Positions 9,260 to 18,218 of a stretch of 63,582 bases of DNA are shown here, in pieces (position 1 is the stretch's first letter; each line of letters begins with the position of its first letter). A program made the translations under genes and the position numbers. The stretch comes from a virus. Lineage: Duplodnaviria > Caudoviricetes. Under the pieces are notes generated by a model. That model did no database searches. It saw only the letters and a program-made list of their open reading frames with translations, and was not told the origin of the DNA. The DNA lies in IMG/VR virus record IMGVR_UViG_3300046011_007723, positions 1 through 63,582 of that record; one strand, given 5' to 3'.

Positions 9260-11008
9260 TTATGCGTAAATTACTTCAACTGAATCTAAATTACAAAGCC
9301 ATCTAATAGAAGTTGTCAATTTAGCACCACTAGTTACTGCTAAAGCCTTATTAGTATTATCTGCTGTGAATGTAGGTTGGGTTGTTAAACCAATAGTATC
9401 AACAATGGTATCTATTGAGATGCTAGAAATACTTACCGTTCCGCCATTATTTACGATAGCGCCCTTAATCATATACGAAGCCATATTAGCAGATGCAGTT
9501 TGTTTTGCAATAAGCATTCCAGAAAAAGTCATAGCTTGATTGGTTGCTACAATAAGTTGATTGGTTGTTGATGCTGCTCCAGCATTAGATGTTAATACTA
9601 CTGTAGTTGTAGTTGTAGTTGTTGCAATTAATATTATCTTACCAAATTGCGAATCTCCATAAGAAGCTAAAACATACCCACTATATGCAAATTTACCAAT
9701 TTGCGCGGCTGTTGCATAGCAACCAATTGCTACAGAATAAGAAGCAGTTGCACTAGCTGAAACGCCAAGAGCTAAACCAAAAGATCCTGAAGAAATCGCT
9801 GCTTGTCCAATAGCTACTGAATATCCTCCAGTTGCTTTGGCGAGATACCCAATAGCTATGGCGGTTTGCCCTCCACTTGCACCATAACTACTTGTATTAT
9901 TACCAATTGCGGCAGCGAAACTATCAACTCCGCTAGCATAAGATGCTCCTAGAACAATTGCTCCAGGTGCAACAGCCACAGCTCCTGTGCCTGAATAACC
10001 AGAACCAATTGCTACGGAATCAGCTGAAGTGGCTTTGGCTAACCTACCAATTGCGATACTATTTGCCCCAGTTGCCCCATACGAACTTGTGTTATTTGCA
10101 ATAGCCGCTGCGAAACTATCTGTACCGCTGGCATATGAACCTCCTAGTGCCATTGCTCCTGCGCCTGTGGCGGCGACTGAACCTTGACTATTAGAATTTA
10201 TACCAAACGCTACTGAGTTATTTGAACCAGCTACAGAAGAATACCCATAAGCTATTGAAGCTCCCCCACTTGCAGTTGAACCGTTACCCATAGCAATTGA
10301 CTCGCTACCAGAAGCAATAGGTCTTGAATATGCCGCAGTAAAATTTTCAGCATACGCTCGCATAGGTTTCTTATCATCAGTTTCCCAGTTTGTACCGTTA
10401 CAAACAATAGCTAAACCTTCACCACGTCTTAAAACTAAAGTAGCTGCACCATCAATCGTTTCAGACGCATTAGGGTCAATAGTAATTGCATCGGCAGCTG
10501 TATTAGAACTATTCCAAATTGTACAAGTAAATCCAGCACCTAAAGTTGCGGCTGATGTTAAACTAATAGTAAATATACCACTGGTGCAGTTTATGATTGA
10601 ACCTAAATCGCTTGCTACTACTGTATATGCTGCAGTCTTATTTGAAATAGTTTTTAAGGCTTTAGATCCACCCAAAGCACTTAGTGCATCTGCTGCTGTG
10701 ATTGCTCCTGTTCCACCACTAGTAATTGCTAATGTTGTACTTAATCCAGCAGCAGTACCTGTTGTGTTTTGATTTAATGTAGGAAATGTACAATTTGTAA
10801 GATTACCACTAGTTGGTGTACCCAATGCAGGTGACACCAAAGTTGCATTATTTGTCAATACAGGTGAGCCTGTTCCAGAAGGAACAGGCAACGTATATGG
10901 TGCGGTGTTAGTTCCACCAATAGCAACTAACAAATTTGATAGGTTATCATCTCCTTCTTGATTTGTAAGAGGAGAACCTTTATTATTTCGGAGGGTTAAT
11001 GTAGACAT
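9260..11008 (-). CDS. Tail fibre with YadA-head-like (Hep_Hag) repeats
   Basis: 14-aa A.G..SIAIG repeats; N-terminal anchor MSTLTLR..KG.PLTN.E.D.N; KTAAYTV...D.G..I beta domain. Confidence 0.8.
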   Translation of the reverse strand: MSTLTLRNNKGSPLTNQEGDDNLSNLLVAIGGTNTAPYTLPVPSGTGSPVLTNNATLVSPALGTPTSGNLTNCTFPTLNQNTTGTAAGLSTTLAITSGGTGAITAADALSALGGSKALKTISNKTAAYTVVASDLGSIINCTSGIFTISLTSAATLGAGFTCTIWNSSNTAADAITIDPNASETIDGAATLVLRRGEGLAIVCNGTNWETDDKKPMRAYAENFTAAYSRPIASGSESIAMGNGSTASGGASIAYGYSSVAGSNNSVAFGINSNSQGSVAATGAGAMALGGSYASGTDSFAAAIANNTSSYGATGANSIAIGRLAKATSADSVAIGSGYSGTGAVAVAPGAIVLGASYASGVDSFAAAIGNNTSSYGASGGQTAIAIGYLAKATGGYSVAIGQAAISSGSFGLALGVSASATASYSVAIGCYATAAQIGKFAYSGYVLASYGDSQFGKIILIATTTTTTTVVLTSNAGAASTTNQLIVATNQAMTFSGMLIAKQTASANMASYMIKGAIVNNGGTVSISSISIDTIVDTIGLTTQPTFTADNTNKALAVTSGAKLTTSIRWLCNLDSVEVIYA

Positions 11009-11036
11009 TGGAATATCCTTATAAATTCGATTACTA

Positions 11037-11044
11037 TATTTATA
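11037..11044 (-). promoter_or_regulatory. T4-type late promoter TATAAATA
   Basis: Exact match about 30 nt upstream of the fibre ATG at 11008. Confidence 0.75.
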
Positions 11045-11046
11045 TG

Positions 11047-11433
11047 TTATTTACCAATTTCTTTTTTGGCTCTTGGCTTTCTAACCGGCGTTGGTTTAAC
11101 TGCTTTTAATATTTTGTCTGGAACAACGACAGCTTGTTTTTTATCCAAAAAACGCTCGACTGCTTTGCTAAAATAATAAAAGGCTATTATGTCAATACCA
11201 ATATCTTTACATGCCCAAAGTGGTAAAGTCGCATCACTAGGCGACACGCCAGTTCCCAAATAAATGATGTTTCTGAATACTTGTGAAAGTAACCCAACAA
11301 CAGCTAACAGTAACCCTATTTTATGCCAAACTGGATACAAACGAAGTCTGTCGCTAAGTAAGCCGCAAAACAATATTGCGGAAGCAAGTATGTTAAAAAA
11401 TGTTAATGCTACAAATCCAACGTCTGCTATCAT
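11047..11433 (-). CDS. Membrane protein with about 3 TM segments (holin/antiholin-like)
   Basis: Three hydrophobic stretches and a basic C-terminal tail. Confidence 0.5.
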   Translation of the reverse strand: MIADVGFVALTFFNILASAILFCGLLSDRLRLYPVWHKIGLLLAVVGLLSQVFRNIIYLGTGVSPSDATLPLWACKDIGIDIIAFYYFSKAVERFLDKKQAVVVPDKILKAVKPTPVRKPRAKKEIGK

Positions 11434-11435
11434 GT

Positions 11436-11858
11436 CTATTTACCGGTTGGTTCTTTTGGTGTTCTAGGTTTTCTTGGTTTAGTAGGCGGCTTTCTGGTAG
11501 CTTTTGGTGCAGCTCTTGTTTTACGCAGTTCTTGAGTCACTTCAAGAATATCTTGCCCTTCTCTATTATCGAAAAATTTGGCTATGAATGATAACACACC
11601 CACAGCACAAATTCCGATAATATAACCAACTCCCATTATAGATTCAGTATCAGTAGGCGGTATTTCAAGCATGCGCAAAGCAATCCCACAAAGCGCAAAA
11701 CTAGCTCCGATTGACATCCCGCCAATCATTAAACCGGCTACGAATTCACCGTATTTATGGAGCTGTTTTGGTTGCCAAAATAAACCGATACTGATACCAC
11801 CAAGAAATGCTGAAAAACTACTAAACAGTTTGGCAACCAGTGGAATAGTCTCATTCAT
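11436..11858 (-). CDS. Putative holin (about 3 TM segments)
   Basis: Three hydrophobic segments and a K/P/R-rich tail; has its own late promoter. Confidence 0.55.
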   Translation of the reverse strand: MNETIPLVAKLFSSFSAFLGGISIGLFWQPKQLHKYGEFVAGLMIGGMSIGASFALCGIALRMLEIPPTDTESIMGVGYIIGICAVGVLSFIAKFFDNREGQDILEVTQELRKTRAAPKATRKPPTKPRKPRTPKEPTGK

Positions 11859-11894
11859 TTTAAATCCTTTTAATTGTTTCTTGATGTGTTTAAT

Positions 11895-11902
11895 TATTTA
11901 TA
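11895..11902 (-). promoter_or_regulatory. T4-type late promoter TATAAATA
   Basis: Exact match upstream of 11858. Confidence 0.7.
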
Positions 11903-12283
11903 TTAAATTACGTCTAATTCTTCATGGGTGGTGGCGGCTTCAATCACCGCAATTTTAGCAACTAATTCAGTATTTTTTAATTTTAATTCGTCAAAATCGT
12001 TTTCTATAGAAGCATGAATAAGTTGATTCACTTCTTGAACATAATCGGATTTTAATTTATTGATAGCGTTAATCTTACGTTCGCCAACAGTTGCATCTAT
12101 AATAGAATAACTTATTTCTATTGGAGTTTTGTCCCAATCATATGTTGGAACAACTGCTTGTTTTGATGTTACAGTAGGCATAGGTTGTAATTCTACAGCA
12201 TCTCTCCACAAACCATCATCAGTAAATGGAATTCTAAAAACATGAGGTGCTGCTGCTGAACCATCTAATTTAATTTTAATCAT
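11903..12283 (-). CDS. Putative tail-fibre assembly/chaperone protein
   Basis: P.V....Q..V...YD...P..I.Y.I.D followed by a coiled coil ending I.AATTHEELD; last gene of a fibre cassette. Confidence 0.45.
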   Translation of the reverse strand: MIKIKLDGSAAAPHVFRIPFTDDGLWRDAVELQPMPTVTSKQAVVPTYDWDKTPIEISYSIIDATVGERKINAINKLKSDYVQEVNQLIHASIENDFDELKLKNTELVAKIAVIEAATTHEELDVI

Positions 12284-13042
12284 TTAATTCTCCTTGTAAT
12301 TGATATAAGTTGATTTCTTTTTGTGTAACCATTTTCTATAGAATCCTGGTGCTCTAGTTCTATAGGTAAAATTTGCTTGACCTGATTCTTTTTGTGTTAT
12401 CAACCCAACATCAGCAGTAATATCTTCTCTTTTATAAGGTATAACATGAAGCAAAGGCGTTCCAGCATATATTTTAACATGCATCTTTCTTAAAGGTGAA
12501 AACATTACATTGATTGTATGGTATGCGTCATAATCATTGATTCCTGGATAAAGGAACAAATCTCTTAAGAACGGAGAATGAAATAACGCAGGCATAACAA
12601 ATGCAGAGTATCCTGGTTTTGTAAACACTTTCCATGGGCAAGGCAATTTTAAAGCGTGAGGTGCAATATCATCGTCAATATTAGCTGAACCTGCTACAAC
12701 ACTATAATCCATTCTTTCAAATTGTTTGCATGCAACACCCCCACCCATTCCAATAACAATGTCAGCTTTTTGTTCATCAACTATGATTTCAAAATCTTCC
12801 CATGCAGGAATAATATATCCAGTTCTATAGTAATCGTGCATCCCAGGACATGCAGCAAATTTATGAGAGTTATTCCGTTCTGCATATTTAGTTTGCTCAA
12901 TCAACCAATCTGGTTTAATATCCATTGCTCGTTTTACTGGTTGACCGATTTCATATCCAGGAACATCACAACAAAATTTAATCATTGGCGAAGTATCGGT
13001 AGCGTTAAGCAATGCTGATTTGATATTAGATAATATAGACAT
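12284..13042 (-). CDS. DUF6065-like (dUTPase-fold-like) protein, paralogue 1
   Basis: CPGMHDY...GYIIP.W.D, LK...PW...T.PGYS....P, GI.D.D, I.AGTPL...IP.KRE. Confidence 0.55.
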   Translation of the reverse strand: MSILSNIKSALLNATDTSPMIKFCCDVPGYEIGQPVKRAMDIKPDWLIEQTKYAERNNSHKFAACPGMHDYYRTGYIIPAWEDFEIIVDEQKADIVIGMGGGVACKQFERMDYSVVAGSANIDDDIAPHALKLPCPWKVFTKPGYSAFVMPALFHSPFLRDLFLYPGINDYDAYHTINVMFSPLRKMHVKIYAGTPLLHVIPYKREDITADVGLITQKESGQANFTYRTRAPGFYRKWLHKKKSTYINYKEN

Positions 13043-13761
13043 TATTTTTTCACTCTAAGATTGTTTACATAATAACTGTTTTGGTTATCTTGTCTTGCTC
13101 TAGTAATTTCTCTTTTGTTCCATTCTTTTTCAGTAAATGGTCTTACTGAATATTTTGATATAGTGTTTTCGCGTTTAAATGGTATGCATTGTATAATTGG
13201 TGTACCTGCTGGTAAAATATCATCAAAGTTATCAGCTAACCAGACAGTAGGAAAGTTAATTTCTCTATCATATACATCGGTATCAACAACAGCACCCAAT
13301 GTCAGAAACCTAGTTTCCAAATGATTTATTGGGGCAACAAACATACAAGAATATCCAGGAGGAGTCTTGATTACAAAATGATTGATAAATTTTATCAAGT
13401 GTTTTCCTGGGAAAGGGAATGCTGGTCCAACTTGTTCCTGAGCATGTTCTTCAGTTAATCTAACATAAGGATTTTCTGTTATATCAATTAAAGAAGCATC
13501 TTCGTTAGTTCTAATATGAATATCGCCAGCTAAAGGTATAATGAACCCATTAGTCATAGCATCTATCATTGGTAGACATTTCTTAGCATTCATTGAGTGA
13601 CCGCCTTTATGGTCACGACCAGTTTTACTATATGCTGGAATAGCTTTATACCAGTCAGGAATAAACTTGCTTGCTGGAGCAGGTGGTATTAATACATTAG
13701 CATGCTGTTCTGTTGTTAAAAATTCAATCAAAGGTGTTTTAAATACCGATATCAAAGACAT
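13042..13761 (-). CDS. DUF6065-like protein, paralogue 2
   Basis: Likely start 13761 (MSLISVF). KKCLPMIDAM..GFIIP, KF.N.F.IKTPPGYS.MF..P, AVVDTD, LPAGTPI.Q.IPFKRE. Confidence 0.55.
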   Translation of the reverse strand: MSLISVFKTPLIEFLTTEQHANVLIPPAPASKFIPDWYKAIPAYSKTGRDHKGGHSMNAKKCLPMIDAMTNGFIIPLAGDIHIRTNEDASLIDITENPYVRLTEEHAQEQVGPAFPFPGKHLIKFINHFVIKTPPGYSCMFVAPINHLETRFLTLGAVVDTDVYDREINFPTVWLADNFDDILPAGTPIIQCIPFKRENTISKYSVRPFTEKEWNKREITRARQDNQNSYYVNNLRVKK

Positions 13762-13780
13762 AATATATTCCAAAGTTAAG

Positions 13781-14383
13781 TTATTTGAATTTTGGACCAA
13801 GTACCCAGCAAACTAGACTTCTACGTTTACCAGATAATACTGGAGTTACTTGATGGGGAACAAAGGCTGGGAATACTAAAATGTCACCCCTTTTAACCTT
13901 CGTACTATTTATCTGCTCTGGATTTCCTCCTGGAATAAGCTGAAATTCACCGCCGGTAAACTCAGTTTCTGGATCAGAAAGAATAACAGAAATACCTAAT
14001 TTTCTATGATTTGGACCAAACGTATCTTTAAAATCTCCGTCAATGTGCCAACCATAAAAACCTCCTTCAGTATATGTAGTATATTGAAATGCGTCAATAT
14101 GCGATAATTCAAATTGAAATTTATCGGTATTAATTCTAGCAATAATTTCGGCCATTTTATTAAACAACCAAGCAGTATCTTGTTCTGGATGTATCCATGA
14201 TACTTTGCTATTTCTTATTTTTGGGTCATCTATCCCGCCATCTTTAGAAGATCCAACTTTAGCTTGTAGAAATTCTAATCTATCTCCGATTTTAATAATT
14301 TCATCGATGTCTTCTGGCGTAAATGCACCTGACCAACAAATAATAGGTTCAAGAGCAGAGTTGATAACGGGTATAGTATACAT
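13781..14383 (-). CDS. 2OG-Fe(II) oxygenase (PKHD/prolyl-4-hydroxylase-like)
   Basis: YGWHID (HxD), RKL.ISV.L, GGEF, FPAF.PHQVTPV.SG.RRSLVCW (distal His and 2OG-binding Arg). Confidence 0.92.
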   Translation of the reverse strand: MYTIPVINSALEPIICWSGAFTPEDIDEIIKIGDRLEFLQAKVGSSKDGGIDDPKIRNSKVSWIHPEQDTAWLFNKMAEIIARINTDKFQFELSHIDAFQYTTYTEGGFYGWHIDGDFKDTFGPNHRKLGISVILSDPETEFTGGEFQLIPGGNPEQINSTKVKRGDILVFPAFVPHQVTPVLSGKRRSLVCWVLGPKFK

Positions 14384-14392
14384 AATAAATTC

Positions 14393-15124
14393 TCACAAAG
14401 TAAAGGTAATTGTGGCGTATCCGCCAGTTGGTATTGTTATTGTGGTGGCTGTTCCATATTTAGGGTTCGCTATTGCTGTTGCAGGGACGACAGTTGCTAC
14501 TCCTCCAACCCCTCCTGGAAAGGTGATACCTAGTATATTGGCAGCAGTTCCGGTTGTATAATTTGTTGCATATGTTCCCGAATTTCCAGCAACATAGTTT
14601 CCAGGAGTGTACGATGCAGAGTTAATATTTCCTGGAACAGGTTCATTGTAATAAGATAAATTATTGGTGGTAGATGATGCGGAAGGTTGTGCGGTGGTAT
14701 TAAAACCCGAAGTAAAATTATAAGATGCCGCATAAATGTAAAGATACTGAGGTGATGGTGCTGTTGTGTACGTAGTGGACCATGTAGTATATGCATACTC
14801 ATTTCCTCTATAGTAATAAAACCCTAATGGAGAAGCCGAATTAGCATAAGCGTAGCTACTATACACAATGTATTCATTCGCGTGGGCATTTAAACCAGTT
14901 GTTACTGGATTAGTAGTTGATGGTGTATATGTTCCTGCATTAGTATATGAATTATCAAAATAATTTCCAGGTACAGTAGTTCCTGTGCCACCTCTTCCGG
15001 TTACATAAACTTTTTGCTTACCATATTTTGGATTATACGTGCCTGACGTATTAAATGTCACAGCAGTAGTATCAGCAACATTCGTTGTTTCATGTAAAAG
15101 CATTTTAAATAATTTAGAAAACAT
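14393..15124 (-). CDS. Tail-tip adhesin-like protein with a Tyr/Asn/Pro-rich insert
   Basis: TFN.SGTY...V.V.GRGG.G start and G.TFPGG.GG...IP.GGY.TI end enclose PGN/NP/Y-rich segments. Confidence 0.55.
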   Translation of the reverse strand: MFSKLFKMLLHETTNVADTTAVTFNTSGTYNPKYGKQKVYVTGRGGTGTTVPGNYFDNSYTNAGTYTPSTTNPVTTGLNAHANEYIVYSSYAYANSASPLGFYYYRGNEYAYTTWSTTYTTAPSPQYLYIYAASYNFTSGFNTTAQPSASSTTNNLSYYNEPVPGNINSASYTPGNYVAGNSGTYATNYTTGTAANILGITFPGGVGGVATVVPATAIANPKYGTATTITIPTGGYATITFTL

Positions 15125-15136
15125 TTAATTGCTCCA

Positions 15137-15976
15137 TTAAGCGTTTCTTACATCAGCCATTGATAAACTACCAACAAGCGAACTTCCTGCATCATAAGTA
15201 AAGAATGTCCAAATATCAATAGCATTTGCAGTTACTGTGCTTGGTGGTACAATATTTCCTGTCCATTTTGGTAATACTGCTGCACCATGTCTCCATGCAA
15301 CTGAAGTTGTTGCGGTCAATGCTGTTACGTGAGATAAAACTACAGAGAATGAGAATACAGTTCCGGAAGTAGCTTTACTTGCCAAATTGGTAAATGTGAT
15401 GGTAGCAGAAGTCGTTCCTGATGGTAAAGGAATTATAATATTGTTCGAATTTACTGTTGAAAAATCAACCGCAATTGTGGCAGCAGTTCCAGAAATTCCT
15501 GTTACGGTATATGTATTATCGACTAAAGGTAGCGTAGACCAAGTAGCAGTAGATCCGTCTGTTGTTAGGAATTTGCCACCAGCACCAGATTGACTTGGCA
15601 ATGAAATTGGTATAGTTCCCCAAGTAGCAGTAGATCCGTCTGTTGTTAGGAATTTGCCACCAGCACCAGATTGACTTGGCAATGAAATTGGTATAGTTCC
15701 CCAAGTAGCAGTAGATCCGTCTGTTGTTAGGAATTTGCCGTTATTACTTGTCTGTGACGGCAATGTAATAGGAGCAGCAGCAGATACCCAAGTCGATCCA
15801 TTACTTGTTAGGATATTACCATTTGTTCCTGGAGCTACTACTTGTAATGCATTAGTGCCATTACCTAATAGAACATTATTAGCGGTTAACGAAGTTGCTC
15901 CAGTGCCACCAACAGAAACAGGCAATGGTGCGGTGTTATTCCCAGTTCGTAAAAATGTTGAAAGATTTTTAGGCAT
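15137..15976 (-). CDS. Tail-fibre stem protein
   Basis: GGTG..ANNVLLGNG shaft, three LPSQ...GKFLTTDGSTATW repeats, C-terminal W....P..T..ANAIDI.TF.T.D.G domain. Confidence 0.78.
   Translation of the reverse strand: MPKNLSTFLRTGNNTAPLPVSVGGTGATSLTANNVLLGNGTNALQVVAPGTNGNILTSNGSTWVSAAAPITLPSQTSNNGKFLTTDGSTATWGTIPISLPSQSGAGGKFLTTDGSTATWGTIPISLPSQSGAGGKFLTTDGSTATWSTLPLVDNTYTVTGISGTAATIAVDFSTVNSNNIIIPLPSGTTSATITFTNLASKATSGTVFSFSVVLSHVTALTATTSVAWRHGAAVLPKWTGNIVPPSTVTANAIDIWTFFTYDAGSSLVGSLSMADVRNA
15540..15739. repeat. 78-nt tandem repeat (about 2.5 copies, identical cores)
   Basis: caagtagcagtagatccgtctgttgttaggaatttgcc at about 15540, 15621 and 15702. Confidence 0.9.
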
Positions 15977-16011
15977 TCCCTTTTCCTTGTATGTTTAATC
16001 AAATAATAAAC

Positions 16012-16019
16012 TATTTATA
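16012..16019 (-). promoter_or_regulatory. T4-type late promoter TATAAATA
   Basis: Exact match upstream of 15976. Confidence 0.75.
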
Positions 16020-16041
16020 GGTTTGTTATCTGTTGGTGTTG

Positions 16042-16269
16042 TTATTCTGGTTTTATAATAGCAGTTGAAGTTTCTCGATCAATAGTCATAATTCCATTAC
16101 AAGCAATATTCCAATCATTGCCATCAGTTTCATCCCATACTGGTACGGCTATATCCAAATGTTTGAACAGATATTCTTTATCGTTTTCAAATACTCGCCA
16201 AACGTGGTCTAATGAACCACGCCCTTCTTTTCCTCGAGTTTTGTTGAATCTTATTAGATATTTGTTCAT
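16042..16269 (-). CDS. Conserved phage hypothetical protein
   Basis: ATGA-coupled to the oxygenase; IRFNK.RG..GRG..DHVWRVFEN..EYL motif. Confidence 0.65.
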   Translation of the reverse strand: MNKYLIRFNKTRGKEGRGSLDHVWRVFENDKEYLFKHLDIAVPVWDETDGNDWNIACNGIMTIDRETSTAIIKPE

Positions 16270-16925
16270 ATAATTTCAACGTCTGAATTAGGACAAACCG
16301 ATGGTTGGTATTGTACATTCAAATTGAAATGGACAAATTTAATTGGATCTTCATTTGCATGTCTAGTAAATGCATGAGGCAACCATGAATTAGAAAACAT
16401 TAGTAATCCAGGTTTAGGCTCAAAATTAATCATTTTACTAGCAAGTGTAGCACTGTTAAAATCTTGTTCTGGAAGATCTATTTGAACCTTTCCTGGACGT
16501 GGATCATGGAATACTACTCTTGAACAATTTTCTGGAGTTTCTAAAAAATAGAATCCGACTATCTGAGCACCATAACCATGGACGTGTTGTTCCATAGATG
16601 AATGTTTATAATGTTCTTGAGTCCACATTTCAGAAAATGATACGACACTATTAGACATATCATAACCTTGTTCGCTAAGAATATTCCAAGCGGTTTCACC
16701 TACAAAACTAGCAAAGTCTTCGATTCTTGAATCGTCATAATAATTTCCACTCATGACAACTGGATAAATTTCATCCAAATCATGTTCTTTTTTGGACTCT
16801 GCAAGATATTCTTCAGAGACTTCTGTCACAGATTCCAAAAAGTCTGGACGTTCAATTAGATACATTGCACATGGAAAATGGTATGCTACTTCTAATTTTG
16901 GTTCATTTTTATCGCTAGTTGTCAT
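16266..16925 (-). CDS. 2OG-Fe(II) oxygenase-like protein (TIGR02466-type)
   Basis: MW...HVH...GFYFL...FHDPRP...PKPG.L..F.SWLPH...FN jelly-roll motifs (HxH...H). Confidence 0.85.
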   Translation of the reverse strand: MTTSDKNEPKLEVAYHFPCAMYLIERPDFLESVTEVSEEYLAESKKEHDLDEIYPVVMSGNYYDDSRIEDFASFVGETAWNILSEQGYDMSNSVVSFSEMWTQEHYKHSSMEQHVHGYGAQIVGFYFLETPENCSRVVFHDPRPGKVQIDLPEQDFNSATLASKMINFEPKPGLLMFSNSWLPHAFTRHANEDPIKFVHFNLNVQYQPSVCPNSDVEII

Positions 16926-16941
16926 AATAAATTCCTATAGT

Positions 16942-17364
16942 TTATATTTCGGTAGGAGCTGGAATTTCTTCCCAGTTATTAATTTCTCCATTCCATTTAT
17001 ATATACCAGTTTCAGGCATAGGAATCGGTGGAACGTATGAACATGAATTTTCGTTAAATACCCATGCAGTAAAGTTTTCACGGTTTGGTAGCGATGCCCA
17101 TGCGTCTTTTACTTTTTGTTGTTTTATGGTTTTTTCCGCTTCGTCCATAGGACGCATCATCCAAATATCTTTGTAAATGCCATCAACTAGATGATATTTT
17201 GGGTCATCAGAATCAAATTCTTCATATATTCCTAATTCAGGTCTTTCTACTCGTTCAAATGTCACCCAATGTTCTGGTATTCCACCAAAGGCTTGAAGTA
17301 AATTTTCTTCTAACGCTGGATGATTTTTTGGTAAATTGTTTTCTGTTTCTATATAAAGTTTCAT
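16942..17364 (-). CDS. Putative tail-fibre assembly protein
   Basis: W.F.E..C.Y.PPIPMP....Y.W......W C-terminus, typical of fibre-associated small proteins. Confidence 0.6.
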   Translation of the reverse strand: MKLYIETENNLPKNHPALEENLLQAFGGIPEHWVTFERVERPELGIYEEFDSDDPKYHLVDGIYKDIWMMRPMDEAEKTIKQQKVKDAWASLPNRENFTAWVFNENSCSYVPPIPMPETGIYKWNGEINNWEEIPAPTEI

Positions 17365-18218
17365 TATAAATCTCCTGTATCAGTGGATGGGAAACTACGA
17401 GTCGTTCCTGGCCAAATGATACGAACTGCACCTTTGCCACCTGCAGAAGAGTAATTAGTACCTATATCATAAGCACTACTTCCGCCGCCTCCATAATTAC
17501 CTCCAGTGCTACCATTTCCAGTGCCGCCATCACCACCACCACTTCCACCGCCTCCACCGCCTCCAAAAAATCCAGCCCCAGCGCCATTTGGTCCTTGACC
17601 TAATAACCCAACACCACCGCCACTTTTTTGTCCGCACTGTTGCATGTTAGATCCACCACTTCCGCCACCGCCACCGCCAGCACCGTCTGATCCAGATGTA
17701 CCATTGGTAGAACCACCATTACCAGAATAACCTGCAGCTCCGCCTGCTCCAGCATGCCCTCTTGCACATGACGTTTGTGCGCTACCTCCAGTACCACCTC
17801 CATCATAAGTCCCCGATGGACCACCCCCGTATGCAATGCCACCATAAGAACCACCACTTCCACCAGTCGCTGCAGTTGTTGATCCATTTACAACAAAAGA
17901 AGATGTGCCTCCGTCAGTACCACCACCAGCACTCGTTTGTTGCGGTCCACCAGCTCCAACCACTATGCTATAAGAATTTCCTGGAACAACAGAAATATTA
18001 TTTCTATATGCTAGACCGCCGCCAGCACCACCGGAACCAGGAGTTCCAAAACAAACAATAGTTGCCCTAGCACCACTGCCACCTCCACCAACTACAACAA
18101 CAGAAACTGAAGTAACTCCTACAGGAGCAACCCAAGTATATGTACCCGCTGTAGTGTAAGCTTGTTGTCCTCCATTGTTAAACTTACCTCCCAATATAAC
18201 CTGCATAACACCTGTCAT
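17364..18218 (-). CDS. Glycine-rich tail-tip adhesin (gp38-like)
   Basis: YTTAGTYTWVAP.GVTSVSVVVVGGGG, poly-Gly tracts, GG.GAVRIIW end. Confidence 0.8.
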   Translation of the reverse strand: MTGVMQVILGGKFNNGGQQAYTTAGTYTWVAPVGVTSVSVVVVGGGGSGARATIVCFGTPGSGGAGGGLAYRNNISVVPGNSYSIVVGAGGPQQTSAGGGTDGGTSSFVVNGSTTAATGGSGGSYGGIAYGGGPSGTYDGGGTGGSAQTSCARGHAGAGGAAGYSGNGGSTNGTSGSDGAGGGGGGSGGSNMQQCGQKSGGGVGLLGQGPNGAGAGFFGGGGGGGSGGGDGGTGNGSTGGNYGGGGSSAYDIGTNYSSAGGKGAVRIIWPGTTRSFPSTDTGDL

